DNA of 64,000 bases from Macrostomum lignano (taxonomy: Eukaryota). Positions 12,468 through 25,345 of the stretch are shown one piece after another. The notes under the pieces were generated by a model. It did not search any database and was not told the origin of the DNA. It was given only the letters and a program-made list of their open reading frames with translations. The position numbers and the translations under genes were made by a program. The stretch lies in contig NIVC01003342.1 in NCBI GenBank assembly GCA_002269645.1, positions 1 through 64,000 of the forward strand, read 5' to 3'. How positions within the stretch are numbered: position 1 is the stretch's first letter; each line of letters opens with the position of its first letter.

Positions 12468-13995
12468 CTGGCCGTGATTTATAGTGCAAAGGCATGCACC
12501 AATGGCAGACGTTCGCTAATTGAATTTTACTCGTTGCTTTTTTCAGAGAAAAACAGAACGCAGTTAGAAAGCACATACGGAGGGGGTCAGGGAATGCGGC
12601 CCCACTCCCGAAAATAATGACAGAAGCTAAACTTATGCCACATTGGATGCGTTATACTAGGAATTGGGTGCGTCAACCGGTCTAGGAGATGGGGTTGGGG
12701 AGCCCACCAAGTGACAGGGACGCCCAACTAGTAGAAAGGGGCAGCAACGAGGACACCGAATATTGACGCCCCTCCAATTAAAACTTGTGCGTACACCACT
12801 TGCCCAAGCAGTATAGCAGATGGACACGAGTGCCTACGCCACGCTAAAGCTTCAAGAATCTTACCGCTCCTTACATTAAAATTACTTACGAAATGCATTC
12901 CTGCAATTCTGATGGGTGTTATCTATCCCTATCCACCAGCGTAGTGCTGTGCTACATACCGCGGGTACTTATACTCACAGGAGTTGGTCCTGCTAATAGC
13001 TATAGTCTAAAGGTAGGTACAGAATATTACTAGTATAATAAAATTTGATCTTACACACTACTTTACTTCTGCTACACAAGTTTTTATGTCGCGTTCTGTC
13101 TCGTTTAGGATGGACGTAAATCCGACACTGAGCACTTGGAGTTGACAAGGCACAATCTGCATCAGATGCAAAATTTACTGTTTTGTTTTTCGTTCAAATA
13201 GCGCATTGTTTACTCGCTAATTTTACCGAGTCGCAAGAAACAGATGCTATGCGAGACACCTTCAAACAGTTTATTATAAGTTTAATTGCCTTCGGAGGGT
13301 GATGCGTTGATGAGTACAAGATGACTCCAATTAGAATTCAAACTCTTCACAGGAGCAAGCAAATACCTTGTGTATAATAATATTAGGTTTATATTTCCCA
13401 CACGAATGTCTACCATGGAAATGTTTAGCATGCAAAGTTAATTAACAAAAGTGCACGAAAGTGTTATGAATTTTTCGTTACTTGCATATCGGCACATTTT
13501 TTAACAATATCTTGTTCACTTTCCTAACTTGTAGTGGTAAGGTAGTTGTAGATCCCACAACCGCAAATAAACGTGAAACAATGGTTAATAATTAGAAAGT
13601 TTCACTAAAAAATCCAATATTGAACTTGGACTTTGTCAGATAATCAGGACTTGCAGAAGGCGCAATGAACGCTCAACTAAAATTTAGCATTCGATTGGTT
13701 AGGATGAAGACGAGTTTCGGCACACACGGATATTGATTGGCTTGCCAGAACAATATTGAAGTGAGTTCGAATAGATATAATAACCAACCGACTTGGCCAA
13801 AACCTGATTCTTATTAATCTCAAGAAGGACAACAACCGTATTACAGTCATATTTAGCGGTTACAAAATTGCCTTCTACAGGTGCCAGCAACAGGTTAGTT
13901 ACTATATTCGCGTATTTAATACGTAAACAGTGCCAACAAAAGATTCGAGAAGCAGTGTGCAGCATCAAATTTGTTTCAGATAATTGTCGACACCT

Positions 13996-15126
13996 ATGAC
14001 AAACGGGTCTTCAGTAGTGAAGGATTCTTATCCCACTCCATGGTTCTTTGATGAGTCGTGGAACTGGGTGACGTGGCACATCTTCGTGTGGCTGTTTCCG
14101 CTGCTATGTGGGCTCGGCGCGATCGTCAATGCTGGCGCCTTCTTCGTCATTGCGACCAACCGCAAAGTGTTTCCGTACGTCACACGACAGTACATGCTCG
14201 TCATCACGATGAACGACTTTCTTATTCTCACATTTAAAGCTGCTACTCACTACCTCCTTTACATGTCGTACTTTGTAAGAGAGAACGCTTGGACGTGGTA
14301 CAGGACTCCTAGAAACGTCAGCTTTCCTCTGTGCATTGTCTACGACTTCCTGACGTACTATGCGCTGTCTGGGACGCAGTTTTATCAGCTCGGCCTCACA
14401 ATCGACCGTTTGGTTGCCGTAGCGGCGCCTCTGAAAGCGAAGCAAATTTTGACGCGCAAGAGAAGTTGGTTCCTTTTAGCCCTCATCACCGCCATGGCTT
14501 TGCTTTTACCAATTTTGTACGTCAGCAACCGAGACTGGAATGCGGAGTTTAATGTCTGCGATATTAAATCTTTAAATTACGTGCTGAACATTTACAACCC
14601 ATTCGATCTCTACTTTGGTCGAGTGTTTCTTCTGAGCGCCCTCATCATAGGCACAGCGGCCATCTGCCTGCTGCTGGTGTGGAACAACCGCTCGGCCAAG
14701 AGAATGCAACTTGAGGCTGGGACTGACACCGGTAAGGGTCGGCACCGATCGCTGATTCGCATCACCCTGATCCTCGTGTTCCTCAACGTCACCTTCTTGG
14801 TGACGGCCCTCCCGTGGAGCATAGTGTCCCAGCTGCATGTTCACCTAGAAAAGTCAATGGGCCGGGATCCGTACATGATCTTGCTGCGCCACCTGAACAC
14901 TGTGGTGTACGCCAATAACGCATTGAATTGGCCAATATACTTTATGGGCCGCAACTTTAGAGCTGCATTTGCCAGCAGCTTCCTGCCCAAGTGGCTAGGC
15001 AAGGCCGGGATTACGGCACGCTGCAGATTGTGCTGCGACAAGAACAAGAGCGATTCTATGGAGAAGCCTTCTCAAAGCAGCGCCAACAATGGCAATGGGA
15101 ACGGTAAAGCGTCGAATACCAGCTAA
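13996..15126 (+). CDS. Intronless class A GPCR, tandem paralog 2 (376 aa)
   Basis: ATG at 13996 (MTNGSSVV). Same 7TM motifs as paralog 1, with long near-identical blocks. Confidence 0.9.
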   Translation: MTNGSSVVKDSYPTPWFFDESWNWVTWHIFVWLFPLLCGLGAIVNAGAFFVIATNRKVFPYVTRQYMLVITMNDFLILTFKAATHYLLYMSYFVRENAWTWYRTPRNVSFPLCIVYDFLTYYALSGTQFYQLGLTIDRLVAVAAPLKAKQILTRKRSWFLLALITAMALLLPILYVSNRDWNAEFNVCDIKSLNYVLNIYNPFDLYFGRVFLLSALIIGTAAICLLLVWNNRSAKRMQLEAGTDTGKGRHRSLIRITLILVFLNVTFLVTALPWSIVSQLHVHLEKSMGRDPYMILLRHLNTVVYANNALNWPIYFMGRNFRAAFASSFLPKWLGKAGITARCRLCCDKNKSDSMEKPSQSSANNGNGNGKASNTS

Positions 15127-15406
15127 ACAAACGGCAACCATTGATGAAGACAATGCCTGACTGATTTTTTAAAATTCCTTTGCTGACATGGATGAATAGG
15201 AATTATTTGTCTGACATTGTTACGCCACTGTTCATTGTTGACAATGCAAAAATTACAATGCAAAAGCAGAGCGGTTCGGCAGACACACCCAGATGGCAAA
15301 CATCGGACGGAGAATTCTATTTGATTCTTAAGCCTCTCGAAAGCTTTGGCAGCCATTCACATTCCACGGTCTTTCAAACGTCTTTTTTATACACCTAGAC
15401 AGGCAG

Positions 15407-15616
15407 CTACACTCTTCCGTTCGGTTTCAACAAAACTCGCATTCTATTTCCGACATTCATATTGGTCATTCGGTATCTGGCTACTTCAACCGTCATTCAG
15501 CAATTCAGCATTGGCCCATTCAATTTCGGCAATTGATATCTAATTTATCCAACATTGAATATCCAATTGCCGAAATTGAATGCGAGTTCTGTTGAAATCG
15601 AACGGGAAAAGTGCAG
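15407..15616. mobile_element. Small MITE-like inverted-repeat element
   Basis: About 50-bp imperfect TIRs: ctacactcttccgttcggtttcaacaaaactcgcattc versus the reverse complement of gaatgcgagttctgttgaaatcgaacgggaaaagtgcag. Confidence 0.6.
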
Positions 15617-15992
15617 TGAAATCAACACTATTTGTCCACTGCAAATGAAAAACTAGAAGCAGTAGATAAAATTTCAAAACACAAACTAGTTTGACAGGCT
15701 ATATTTTAAATTGCAATAATTTGATCGGATTAAGGTGAAAAAGCTTTAATTAAGCCACAAGCAAGAGAACTATTGATTTTAAATAGCCAAAAGTTGATTG
15801 TACTTTTAGCTACAAGTTTATTGTTTAAGCAAAAAAGAACACAAGCACCATATGAGAATTGGAACTAACAAGATTATTTATAGTTTGAATATTGAATATT
15901 CTAGATAAATGAAAAAGAAGCTCGTTAGTGACCTATAATGTCCCGCGTATAAAAATCCAATTAGATCTTTTAATAACAAAACAATACGATAG

Positions 15993-18900
15993 TCACACAC
16001 TACTGACGCTGCTTCCATTAGCGCCATTCTCGGCCGGTGCCATCGCGTGATCCTCTTCGCGGGTCCATCTGGCCAGCAGTTCCGGCATCTTCTCGGCCGA
16101 GTAGCGGCAGGCTTCAGACCGGCAACGGCAGGCCATCTGGCGGCCTTTCACTCGCCAGTAGCCTTCGCCGTAGTCGAAGCAGAGCTCCTCGCCAGGCGCC
16201 ACGGGGGCGCAGGTGAAGAAGCACAAGCTGGGATAGCGCAGGTCCTGATGACTGCCTGGGAAGACGCGCACAGGCCGCATGTTCGGCTCGCAGGCGTGGT
16301 TAATAAACCTGGCTCCCGTGCCGATTCTCAGCGCGTCGATGCAGGCGCCTGGCGCGGGCGCTCCGCCAACAAGGACGACCACCCGATCGCCGGCTTCGCT
16401 GGTGGTAGTCTGCAGGTGAGATTCGACGTCGAACAGGTAAGAATCGTCGGCCCGAGAGTCGGCCTCGGTGTCGGTGATCAACTCGCCCGAGTAGGTGCAC
16501 ACGTAGCCGCCGGTGGGGATGAACTCCCGGGCCCGGAGGCCCCAGCCGCGGCCGTTGTCGGTGAGGAACACGGAGCAGTTGAAGCGGACTCCGCGCTGCA
16601 CAACCTGGAGAGCGGAGAGGTTGGTGGTTCGATTTAGAATTCAGTTAGAATTACTCAGAATCGGATTGCGAATTTAAGATACAAGCTTTGCACTTGGAGT
16701 TTCAGCTTCATGTTCACGATTCGTAGTTCAGTATCCCAAAACTTCAGGATTCATAGTTCAGTATCCCAAAACTTCAGGATTCATAGTTCAGTATCCCAAA
16801 ACTTCAGGATTCATAGTTCAGTATCCCAAAACTTCAGGATTCATAGTTCAGTATCCCAAAACTTCAGGATTCATAGTTCAGTATCCCAAAACTTCAGGAT
16901 TCATAGTTTAGGATCCACTACTTCAGGATTCATAGTTCAGGATCCAAAACTTCAGGATTCATAGTTTAGAATCCAGAACTTAAGGGTTCATAGTTCAGGA
17001 TCCAGAACTTAAGGGTTCATAGCTCAGGATCCAGAACTTCAGGATTCATAGCTCAGGATCCAGAACTTCAGGATTCATAGTTCAGGATCTAGAACTTCAG
17101 GATTCATAGTTCAGGATCCAGAACTTTGGGATTTATAGTTCAGGATCCAGAACTTAAGGGCCCGACCGGAAATAATTGTTCTTTAAATGCGTCAAATAGC
17201 ACAAAAAAAGGAATTGGGGGGAATCCCAAAATAACTGTCGAAATGACACGAAATTGGGGAGAATCGACAATTGGTGGCACAGCTTGGCACAAATATAACT
17301 GTGCCAAGCTGTGCCAATTGGCACGTGACACAATTAAGAATCAAATTTTTAATTGTGCACTACTATGCCACAACTGTGCCACAACTGTGCCAGTTGTTGA
17401 AGCTATTTTTGAATGCTTATAATTGTGCACAACTGTGCCATAAATGTACCATTTGGCACCATACGAGTAAATGGGCAGTTTGAAGCAGTTAAACTAGCGC
17501 GTACTGTGCCATTTGGCGTAAATTCACCAGACGAGTAATTTTGCAGTTTAAAGCAGTTGAACTAAGCACATGTGCTATCTGATGCTGTTATAGTTGACCC
17601 GTTAGTCCACTACGAGTTATGAAGTGTATGTATGAAGTAGCTAACATTTTGCGAGAAGTCAATCTCATGTTTAAATGAGAGAAGACAAATTGAAAATAGT
17701 TGTCAATTAAACTTTAAAATAATGTTGAGCGCGAACATAAACAGATTAAAACAGTTGGAAAAAGGGATGTTGCATAAATACGTATATATTTAATGGGAAG
17801 TAGCAAATAGGACAAAAAACATGTATAAAACAGGAAAAAGGGGAGGCTGCGGAATTAAAAAATGCATACTAGAAGTTAACGGAAAGAAACATAACAGACA
17901 ACGGACATTGGACAGAAAACAAAAAACGTAATTAAAAAGCGCGGTGCATGAAAATTGTGGTGCCAGCCAAAGAGTTTACACTTCTATTACATTTGAAACC
18001 AAAACATGCAATGTAACAAATTAACTACTGAGTCGACTACACGTGGCACAGGAGTTTAATGTAACAACATGTATACATCTAATGTATACACTAATTTAAA
18101 AAGCACAAACAACTAGACGAAAAACAAGCAATTAGTGAAACCAGCTCCAATACCCCTGTACCCCTATACTTTTTTAGTTAGACAACAAGCCTGATTCCTG
18201 GTGCTATTGTAATTTACGAGTCTGGAACTAACTATAGTAATATAGTTGGTTACTTTATGTGGGAAAGAGCAAATTTCCAGGGAAAACAAAACCAGAAACA
18301 TGAGGGAGACAGGCCAAGCTAGATGGGTCCCGCATCTGCCAAACAAGTTTAGTTTGGCTAGATGCAACAGTAGACATTCCGCGCTCAGTCCTCGCGAGGT
18401 GCATTAGCCGCCTCCGACTGCACAGTGTCAGTGACATTGGCAGCCGCACCTTGACGAAGTTTCTTTACAGGCAAACGTCCGGATTGCTTTTCACGCCGAC
18501 TGACGGTGATGGAGCATCGGACGTAGGCCTTTTTAATCGCTTTCATATTGGTTGGGCCGACCAGGCTCAGTAGCGCGACCGCTCAACGATGTTACCAAAA
18601 GCTCGTCGTCGCTGAAGCACCCCCGCACCATCTCGCGGAGAAGTGCATTGAGGTTGGCCGGAGTCGTTGGTTCTTTATATATCTTTACTGGCCGTGACCC
18701 TGGTCCGAGCGACGTTGGACGTAAAGGCGAAACCGATTGGCTGCAGAGGTGTTTTTAAGGATTGGAGAGCGTTTGAGAGTAACAATAGGATATTTGCGCG
18801 ATCATAAATGAAGCACTATTAATTTCTTACCGTAGTATAATTTCTTTCCATTGTCGTCGACCAGCATGTTGTCAACTGACGGCTGGGTCCACGAGCTGAT

Positions 18901-21900
18901 CTAGATGGACGGTGGGATGCTGCGTGATCTGCTGCTTTAGTTCTTTTGTAATGGCGTCAATCAAACGCGGTTGCGCCATTTTCGAGCGTCTGAGCAGATC
19001 ATGCCGCAAGTTGTGAGTGAAAACCTGCCGGTCATCTGCCGAAATCGAAGCTACTGACGTCGCAGCCTCAGTGCAAGTTGCACCGGGTGTGTGTCAAACA
19101 GTTTTGTTAGGTAATTAGCAATAAAAAAGGTTATTTGAGCCAAGTGTGCCAAATAGGACAAAGACATCTACTGTGCCAAATGTCATAGCTGTGGCACAAC
19201 TGGTACAATTGTAGCAAGTGTGCCAAGTGTGCCAGTCTGTTTTAATAACCAATTAGCTATAAAAAGGATATTCGTGCCAAGTGTGCCAAGAAGGACAGTC
19301 CAAGACAGTTATATAACTGTGTCAAATAGTATAGCAGTGGCACAAATGGTACACTTGCAGTAAGTGTGCCAAGTGTGCCAAATGGTTTCAAAGGGCAATT
19401 AGCTATAAAAAGATTATTTGTGCCAGGTGTGCCAAATAGGACATACAAAGACATTTATAACTGTGCTAAATGGTATAGCTGTGGCACAACTGGCACAATT
19501 GTAGCAAGTGTGCCAATTGGTTTCGTTGGCCAATTAGCAGTAAAAATACTATTTGTGTCAAGTGTGCCAAATAGGACATACATAGACATTTACAAACTGT
19601 GCCAAATGGCATAGCTACGGTACAATTGGTACAATTGTATCAAGTGTGCCAAATATGACATACAAAGACATTTATAACTCTGTCAAAGGGCATATTTGTG
19701 GCACAACTGGCACAATTACTGTTTTTGAAAGGACAAATATTTTCGGTCGGGGGTTCATAGTTCAGGATCCAGAACTTCGGGATTCATAGTTCAGGATCCA
19801 GAACTTCAGGATTCATAGTTGAGGATCCAGAACTTCGGGATTCATAGTTCAGGATCCAGAACTTCAGGATTCATAGTTGAGGATCCAGAACTTCAGGATT
19901 CATAGTTCAGGATCCAGAACTTCAGGATTCAGAACTTCAGGATTCATAGTTCATGATCCAGAACTTCAGGAAGTTCAGCATTTTAAAATTTGCGATCAGC
20001 CAAGGTAAAAACCCATCCAACTCGTACCCGATTCTTGCAGTTAGCCCAGCAGGAGCACAGCGGGCTGCACTCGAAGATGCAGGCCTCACTTGAGTGGCAG
20101 TCAAGAAAGTCTTCGGTCAGGCAGCCGGCGCTATCATAGGCGGCGCATTTGGACATTCGAACGCAGTGACATCCGTCGGCGCTGTCGCATCGGCCATCGC
20201 GACAGTCGCAGGTGACAATGGTGGCCGATCGGTCCACGGGCAGGTGAGGCGATTCTCGAAGCTCTTTACAATAGAAAAACTCAGGCGGCTCAACATCCGG
20301 ATTGTGCGAGTAGAGCGGCAGCGGCAGGGCCTCGGTGCCGCGGGACAGGTCGCGGTGGAGCAGAGTCTCCGGCGTAGGCAGGTTGTCCGCTTCAGCTGCT
20401 CCGTTGGCTGGCGAACCTGAGGCGCCGGCGACCGCGGCAGCGGCGGCTGCGGCGGCGGCCGCCTCCATGCGTTGACGAAGCTGAAGGTCGCGGCAAAGTT
20501 CTACGGGCGTTTCGCGCTTCTTATTTACGGCGGTGGGATCGGCGCCGGCCAGGCAGAGGGCGAACGCGGCCCGATGGTGGCCGTGGGCGCAGGCCAGATG
20601 GAGGGCCGTGTCGCCAGACAGGTCGGGCTGGTTCGGGTTGCAGCTGCAATGGTTCGGCATCAGCATCGGGTATTATTGGCTCAAGGCTATGGATTTATGG
20701 CTAAAGGATGCTTGCTAATTTATTCAAACGGGAGGACTGCGAGCTCCTTGACGCAGCGAAATCATCCCAAAACCAGCGACGCAACAGTCGTAACTTATGA
20801 CGCAACAGTAGCTTTTTCGTTGCATTAGACGCGTTTAAGTCGTTAAACAGCTGAAGCTGCTCTACCAAATAGCTACAGATCGCGGTCCAGCCTCACCCTT
20901 TCGCTAGCAGAGCGGTGACCAGCCCGGGCTTGTCAAACCGCAGCGCCGCCAGGTGCAACAGCGACCGGCCGTCCCGGTCAACCCGGTGCGGACTGGCGCC
21001 CCAGTCCAGCAGGCGGACCAGGCAGTCGGCCTGGCCGCTCTCCGCCGCGCACATTGCCGGAGTCCAGCCACCGAGATCCGGCCGGTCCAGTAGGCCCGGC
21101 CAGGCGTCGAACAGGCTGCGCAGGAAGCTGCACCAGCCGTGCACTGCGGCCATGTGCGCCGGCGTGTGTCCGCCCAAATCGGCAGCGTTGGCGTCGGCGC
21201 CGGCCGACAGCAGCAGCCGGGCAACAGACTGGCTGCCCTTCCTTGTGGCCAGCAGCAGCGGAGAGCGCCGGCTGTAGTCGAGACAGTCGGCATCGACCCT
21301 GGCGGCCAGGAGCAGCTGGGCCAGGGGCACGCAGTCTGACAGTGCGCAGGCGTGCAGCAGACAGCGGCCTTTGCGCTTCGGATAGCGCTGGTGCGGGCTG
21401 GCTCCGCTGTGCAGCAGCAGGCGGGTCGCTTTGCGGAAATTACCGGCGCTGGCGGCCCGCCAAAGGCGCTCGGCAGCGTCAGGCGGCGGCCGACGGGCTG
21501 GCATGGCGGAGGCCAGCAGGCCGGCGTGGGAGCCGTCCAAGACTTGGTCTGCCAGCTGCTGCTCGCCGTCAGAGGATTGATCGTCGTTGTCGTCGGCGCT
21601 GACGCGGCTGCTGTTGTTGAGCTCTGTGGATCTCACTGCTTCCGACTGCTCGCTGCCACTGGCTTTGAACTGCGCCACCTGGCACGGGGTGGGGCCCTCC
21701 TGGCCGCAGTGGGGGCAGAACACCTGAAAATGATATGAAGCTATAATAAACACCGCACCGAAATTCCCATACTTAAATCTGATTAGTTACAGTCTCATGA
21801 CTCCATCACCTGTTGAGTAGACTCGCACCTGGGCGCGCACTCTAAATGGCACAGGTGGCTAACTCCATTAGAACCGGCCTGGCACAGGTAGAACCGGCCA

Positions 21901-22139
21901 GTATGGCAGAACTGTCCGCAAGCCGGACAGACCAGGTGCTGGCGCCAGGCGGCCAGGTGCTCTCGGCACAGCAGAGCGGGCGCTGCGGCCGCCTCCTGGC
22001 AGGTGAGCAGCTGGTCCAGCTGGCAGACTGCAGCCAGACAGATGGCGGGCTCGGCGCCAGCCGCCACACTCGACTTGCCGGGCAGCAGCTGCGGATGCCA
22101 GCACAGGCAGGTGCAGAGCGGAAAGTCAGCCGTGTCCAT
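15993..22139 (-). CDS. G9a: G9a/GLP (EHMT1/2)-like H3K9 methyltransferase: Cys-rich region, ankyrin repeats, pre-SET, SET, post-SET (about 794 aa)
   Basis: Exons 21810-22139, 20897-21723, 20028-20643 and 15993-16604 join in phase. Motifs: CPACGQFCHTGRFYLC..H.CH..C/VFCPHCG; ankyrin repeats; NR|VVQRG; GWGLRA; RFINHACEPN; HQDLRYP; ELCFDYG; CRCRSEAC. Confidence 0.9.
16712..19975. repeat. 29-30 bp intronic minisatellite (ggattcatagttcaggatccagaacttca), split by a DNA transposon
   Basis: Arrays at 16712-17160 and 19752-19975 flank the TIR element. Confidence 0.9.
17161..19751. mobile_element. Non-autonomous TIR DNA transposon, CMC/EnSpm(CACTA)-like
   Basis: Left end CCCGACCGGAAATAATTGTTCTTT matches the reverse complement of the right end, CCCGACCGAAAATATTTGTCCTTT. 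Apparent 2-bp TSD GG (17159-60 and 19752-53). Dense subterminal TGTGCCA/TGGCACA repeats at both ends. No transposase recognised. Confidence 0.7.
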
Positions 22140-22336
22140 TGTAATTCAGCTGCTTATAATAGATAGATTGTCTGTGCCACAATCTACCTGCTGTTTCAGC
22201 TGCAAAACAGGCTAAAAGCCAGGTCTGTTTTAGGAATAACACTGAGCAGCAAGGATAGCAACAACGATTTAGTTTTTTTAGGATTGAAATTTGAAGGCGA
22301 ATTTCAAGTAAGAAATACGCGTAAAACTGAGAGGAT

Positions 22337-22902
22337 TGTAGCGATTCCCGATCTCACTCGTGGACACGCGTGGTACCTCGCGGTTAGGGCTACTGGTTTT
22401 GCTAAGGATTTACTAGTGGATTTATTAGTTTACTACTTGGTAGAATCGCTGCCACCAGGTTCCTGCTTTCTCTAATTCTGGTATTTAGATTTAAAGAATT
22501 GAGTCAGGACACCAAAGATTATAGTTAACAGTAAAAAAAGATTTAATAATAAGAGAACTGCGTACAAAAGGTTATTTTACATTACGTTAATTCCTAACTT
22601 TATTCCCCGTTATTGTGCTTTGGGCAAGACTCCCAGTTAATTTAGAGGCAAGACTCCTCTTGTGCAATCCCTATTAAGTTTTCCCCTTTCTTTTCCTTTT
22701 CTTACCGAATTCCTTGTTATTCGCAAGACGCGCAAGCAGGAGATGCTTTTCCAAGAGCCCAACTGCTCTGTAGTTCTAAAGGATCCCGAAAACTAGCGAT
22801 CTACCACCGCACCAATTATTTCCCCGGGTTAAAACTACTGATAGTAGGCAAAAAGCATATTTCCCAGCAACTAATTCCGTTCTAAAATAATGCCCTACTA
22901 CA
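22337..22902. mobile_element. Possible solo LTR
   Basis: A 566-bp non-coding segment bounded by TGTAG...CTACA. No TSD found; the right end abuts a SINE. Confidence 0.25.
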
Positions 22903-23112
22903 TTCGGAACAATTTGTGTCCTTGAGCAAGACACTTAACTCTGCATTGCTTCAGTTCACCCAGCTGTAAAATGGGTGCCAGCATTAGCTGGGGTAATTGA
23001 GGGTGTGTGCGGCGGCCCCCCAGTCCTTGGACTGAACAGCCGTACGCAGCCTTCAGATGCGCCGCGCAAAAGCTGCGGCTGAGCTGTCGGTTGCACATCT
23101 GGCCCAATCGAT
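22903..23112 (+). mobile_element. tRNA-derived SINE, 5'-truncated copy
   Basis: Shares gtgtccttgagcaagacacttaac...cagctgtaaaatgg...ggactgaacagccgtacgcag with copies at 56361-56612 and 58981-59150. Confidence 0.75.
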
Positions 23113-23839
23113 TTAAATTAATTGGCCGGGGGTAGCCGTGCGATGCACACCTATGAGGGCCAACCCATAAAGGCACAGAGAGAGTGTACATGCCTGGCGA
23201 TTAAAAAGTCAAAGTACACCCGGTGTGAGCGTGTGTATGAGTGCGTGACTGTGTACAGCATTAGCGCGCTTGCACGTCAGGCTCAGGAGTCAGCGGAATG
23301 GGCAGACGTTGTCGCCGAAGGCGTTGCGCCAGAGTTCCCGCAGCCCTCCTGCATTGATTAGGTACCCAGCAAACCTATGATGACTGATAACAGGCTACTG
23401 ATAAATGAAAAGATTAGCACAGAAGAGACAGTTACTGCAACAAGGCGAAAAATTCGCATGGCTATTCATACATCAATATTTAATAACTACACTCTAGTAG
23501 ACGAAATGCGGCATGATATGAAGGCATACACAGACGGATTTTTTATAAAGGTTTTATTAACAACAACATTTACATAAGAGTTAATCACAAAAAATGACAG
23601 ATGAATATTATTTTTATTCGTAAACTGAACTAATTTTTGTACAATTAGATGATCTACTAGTAATTTTTTGCTCAAAAATGCTACTGAAAATAAACAATAT
23701 TCCATTATCGCAGCAGAATAAAATGGAAGTTTAAGCTGCGTACTAACCGCGGCCAGCCATGCTTAACTTATGTGAACTTTCATGTTAGAAGTTTAAGGGT
23801 TGGAGAGCATGAGAACCACAATGGAGAGAGCAATCAATT

Positions 23840-25345
23840 CTAATCCTGCGGTTGCCGCAGTCTCCGTAGCGCCTCGGCCACCACTGCTCGACACTCCTCG
23901 GAGCCGCTGCTCAGCCTGGCGTAGTCCTCGGCCGAGCGGCCCCTGGCGTCCAGCTGGCTCGGATCGGCGCCTCCGCCGCCCTCCGACCGCGGCAGGAGCA
24001 GCAGCCGCACTAGCTCTGACTGGCCCTCGCGACAGGCCAGCTGCAGCGGCGTCACCCGATCGCGGGTGCCGCCAGTCGAGTCCGCAGCGCCGGCGTCAGG
24101 AAGCAGCTTCAGCAGGTAGCGGCACAGCTCGGTTTGGCCACAAACGGCCGCGTGATGCAGGCAGGTGTAACCGGCCGAATCCCAGCGATCGGCGCCAACT
24201 CCGCCGACAATGTCAAGAATGACGAGCAGACAGGCCAGGCTGCCGGCTTTGCAGGCCTCCATAGCCGGGGTGCAGCCGCACGAGTCGGCTGCGTTGGCCA
24301 GCTCCGGCCGGCCGGACAGCAGCTCGGACAGTAGGCCGGCGTGTCCGTGCAGAGCCAGAGTGTGTGCCGGGGTCCGACCGTTGCGAGCCGGCCGATCAGC
24401 CTGTCCGGGATCGGCGGCCAGCAGGAGCCGAACGCAGGCGGGCTGGCCGACACGGCAGGCCAGGTGCAGCGGTGTCCAGCCGTCCTTATTGACCAGGCCG
24501 GGCCGGGCCCCGTGCGACAGCAGCAGGCGCAGCATCGGCTCAAACGGCTTGGCGCTGGCCAGCATCAGCGGAGTCCAGTCGGCCCGTTTTAACGGGTCAA
24601 CTGGCACCCTGCGGCACGCGGGTAGGTGGGATGTGTCTGGTTAGTAAGATTCTCTAACATTTGTGTCCGAAAGTGAGATTCGAACTCAATTAACATGGCT
24701 TCAATCGCTGAGTGGCACTGATCGATGACAGGAGTGATCCATAGGGAGTCCTCAGTGACTGACCGGCGAATAAGGTTCACTGACCCCCGAGCACGCACAC
24801 GCGCTCACACAGGTGCACATCGTCAAGCACGTAATGTACACACTGTGTGAATCACAGGCAACCCCAGGCCGATTTACGTGCGCAAGCCCCAAATGAATGC
24901 GGCCTGAGAAAGGAATCGAACAACTGGTACATGTACTTTTGTCCCGCTCTAATTTAGAGTCAATTTTCACCCTTAATTCAACAATGCTCAACAAGCAGCA
25001 CCTGGCAACCCGTAGCAGCCAATCAGCGGCGGCCAGGGCGTCGGCCTGCGCCGCTTCGTGTAGCGCCCGTTTGCCGTCAAAATTCGACTGTCCGGCAAAG
25101 TCGGCGCCCCTGGCCAGCAGGTAGTCAAGCAACCGGACACTGTCCGACCGGCCAGACAGGGTAACGACGGTGTCGCCGGATCCGGGATGGTGCTCCGACA
25201 GCCACCAGGCGGACTGGCAGCTGTCAGCTTCGGTGGATTCGCCGGCAACTCGATCCTCAACGACGAAGGCGTCGAAATCGCCCTGCTGAGCCAGACGGAG
25301 CAGCCGCTCCAGCTGACGGCCGCGACTGTCGCGTTGCTTGCGCGG
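23840..25345 (-). CDS. ANKRD16: Ankyrin repeat domain-containing protein 16-like; no genomic ATG found for the first coding exon
   Basis: Exons 25002-25345 and 23840-24608 join in phase. RLLRLAQQG..GDT..NFDGKRALHEAA..VDPLKRADWTPLMLA..NKDGWTPLHLACRVG..RTPAHT.A.HGH..DSCGCTPAM matches ANKRD16 as recalled. Confidence 0.8.
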
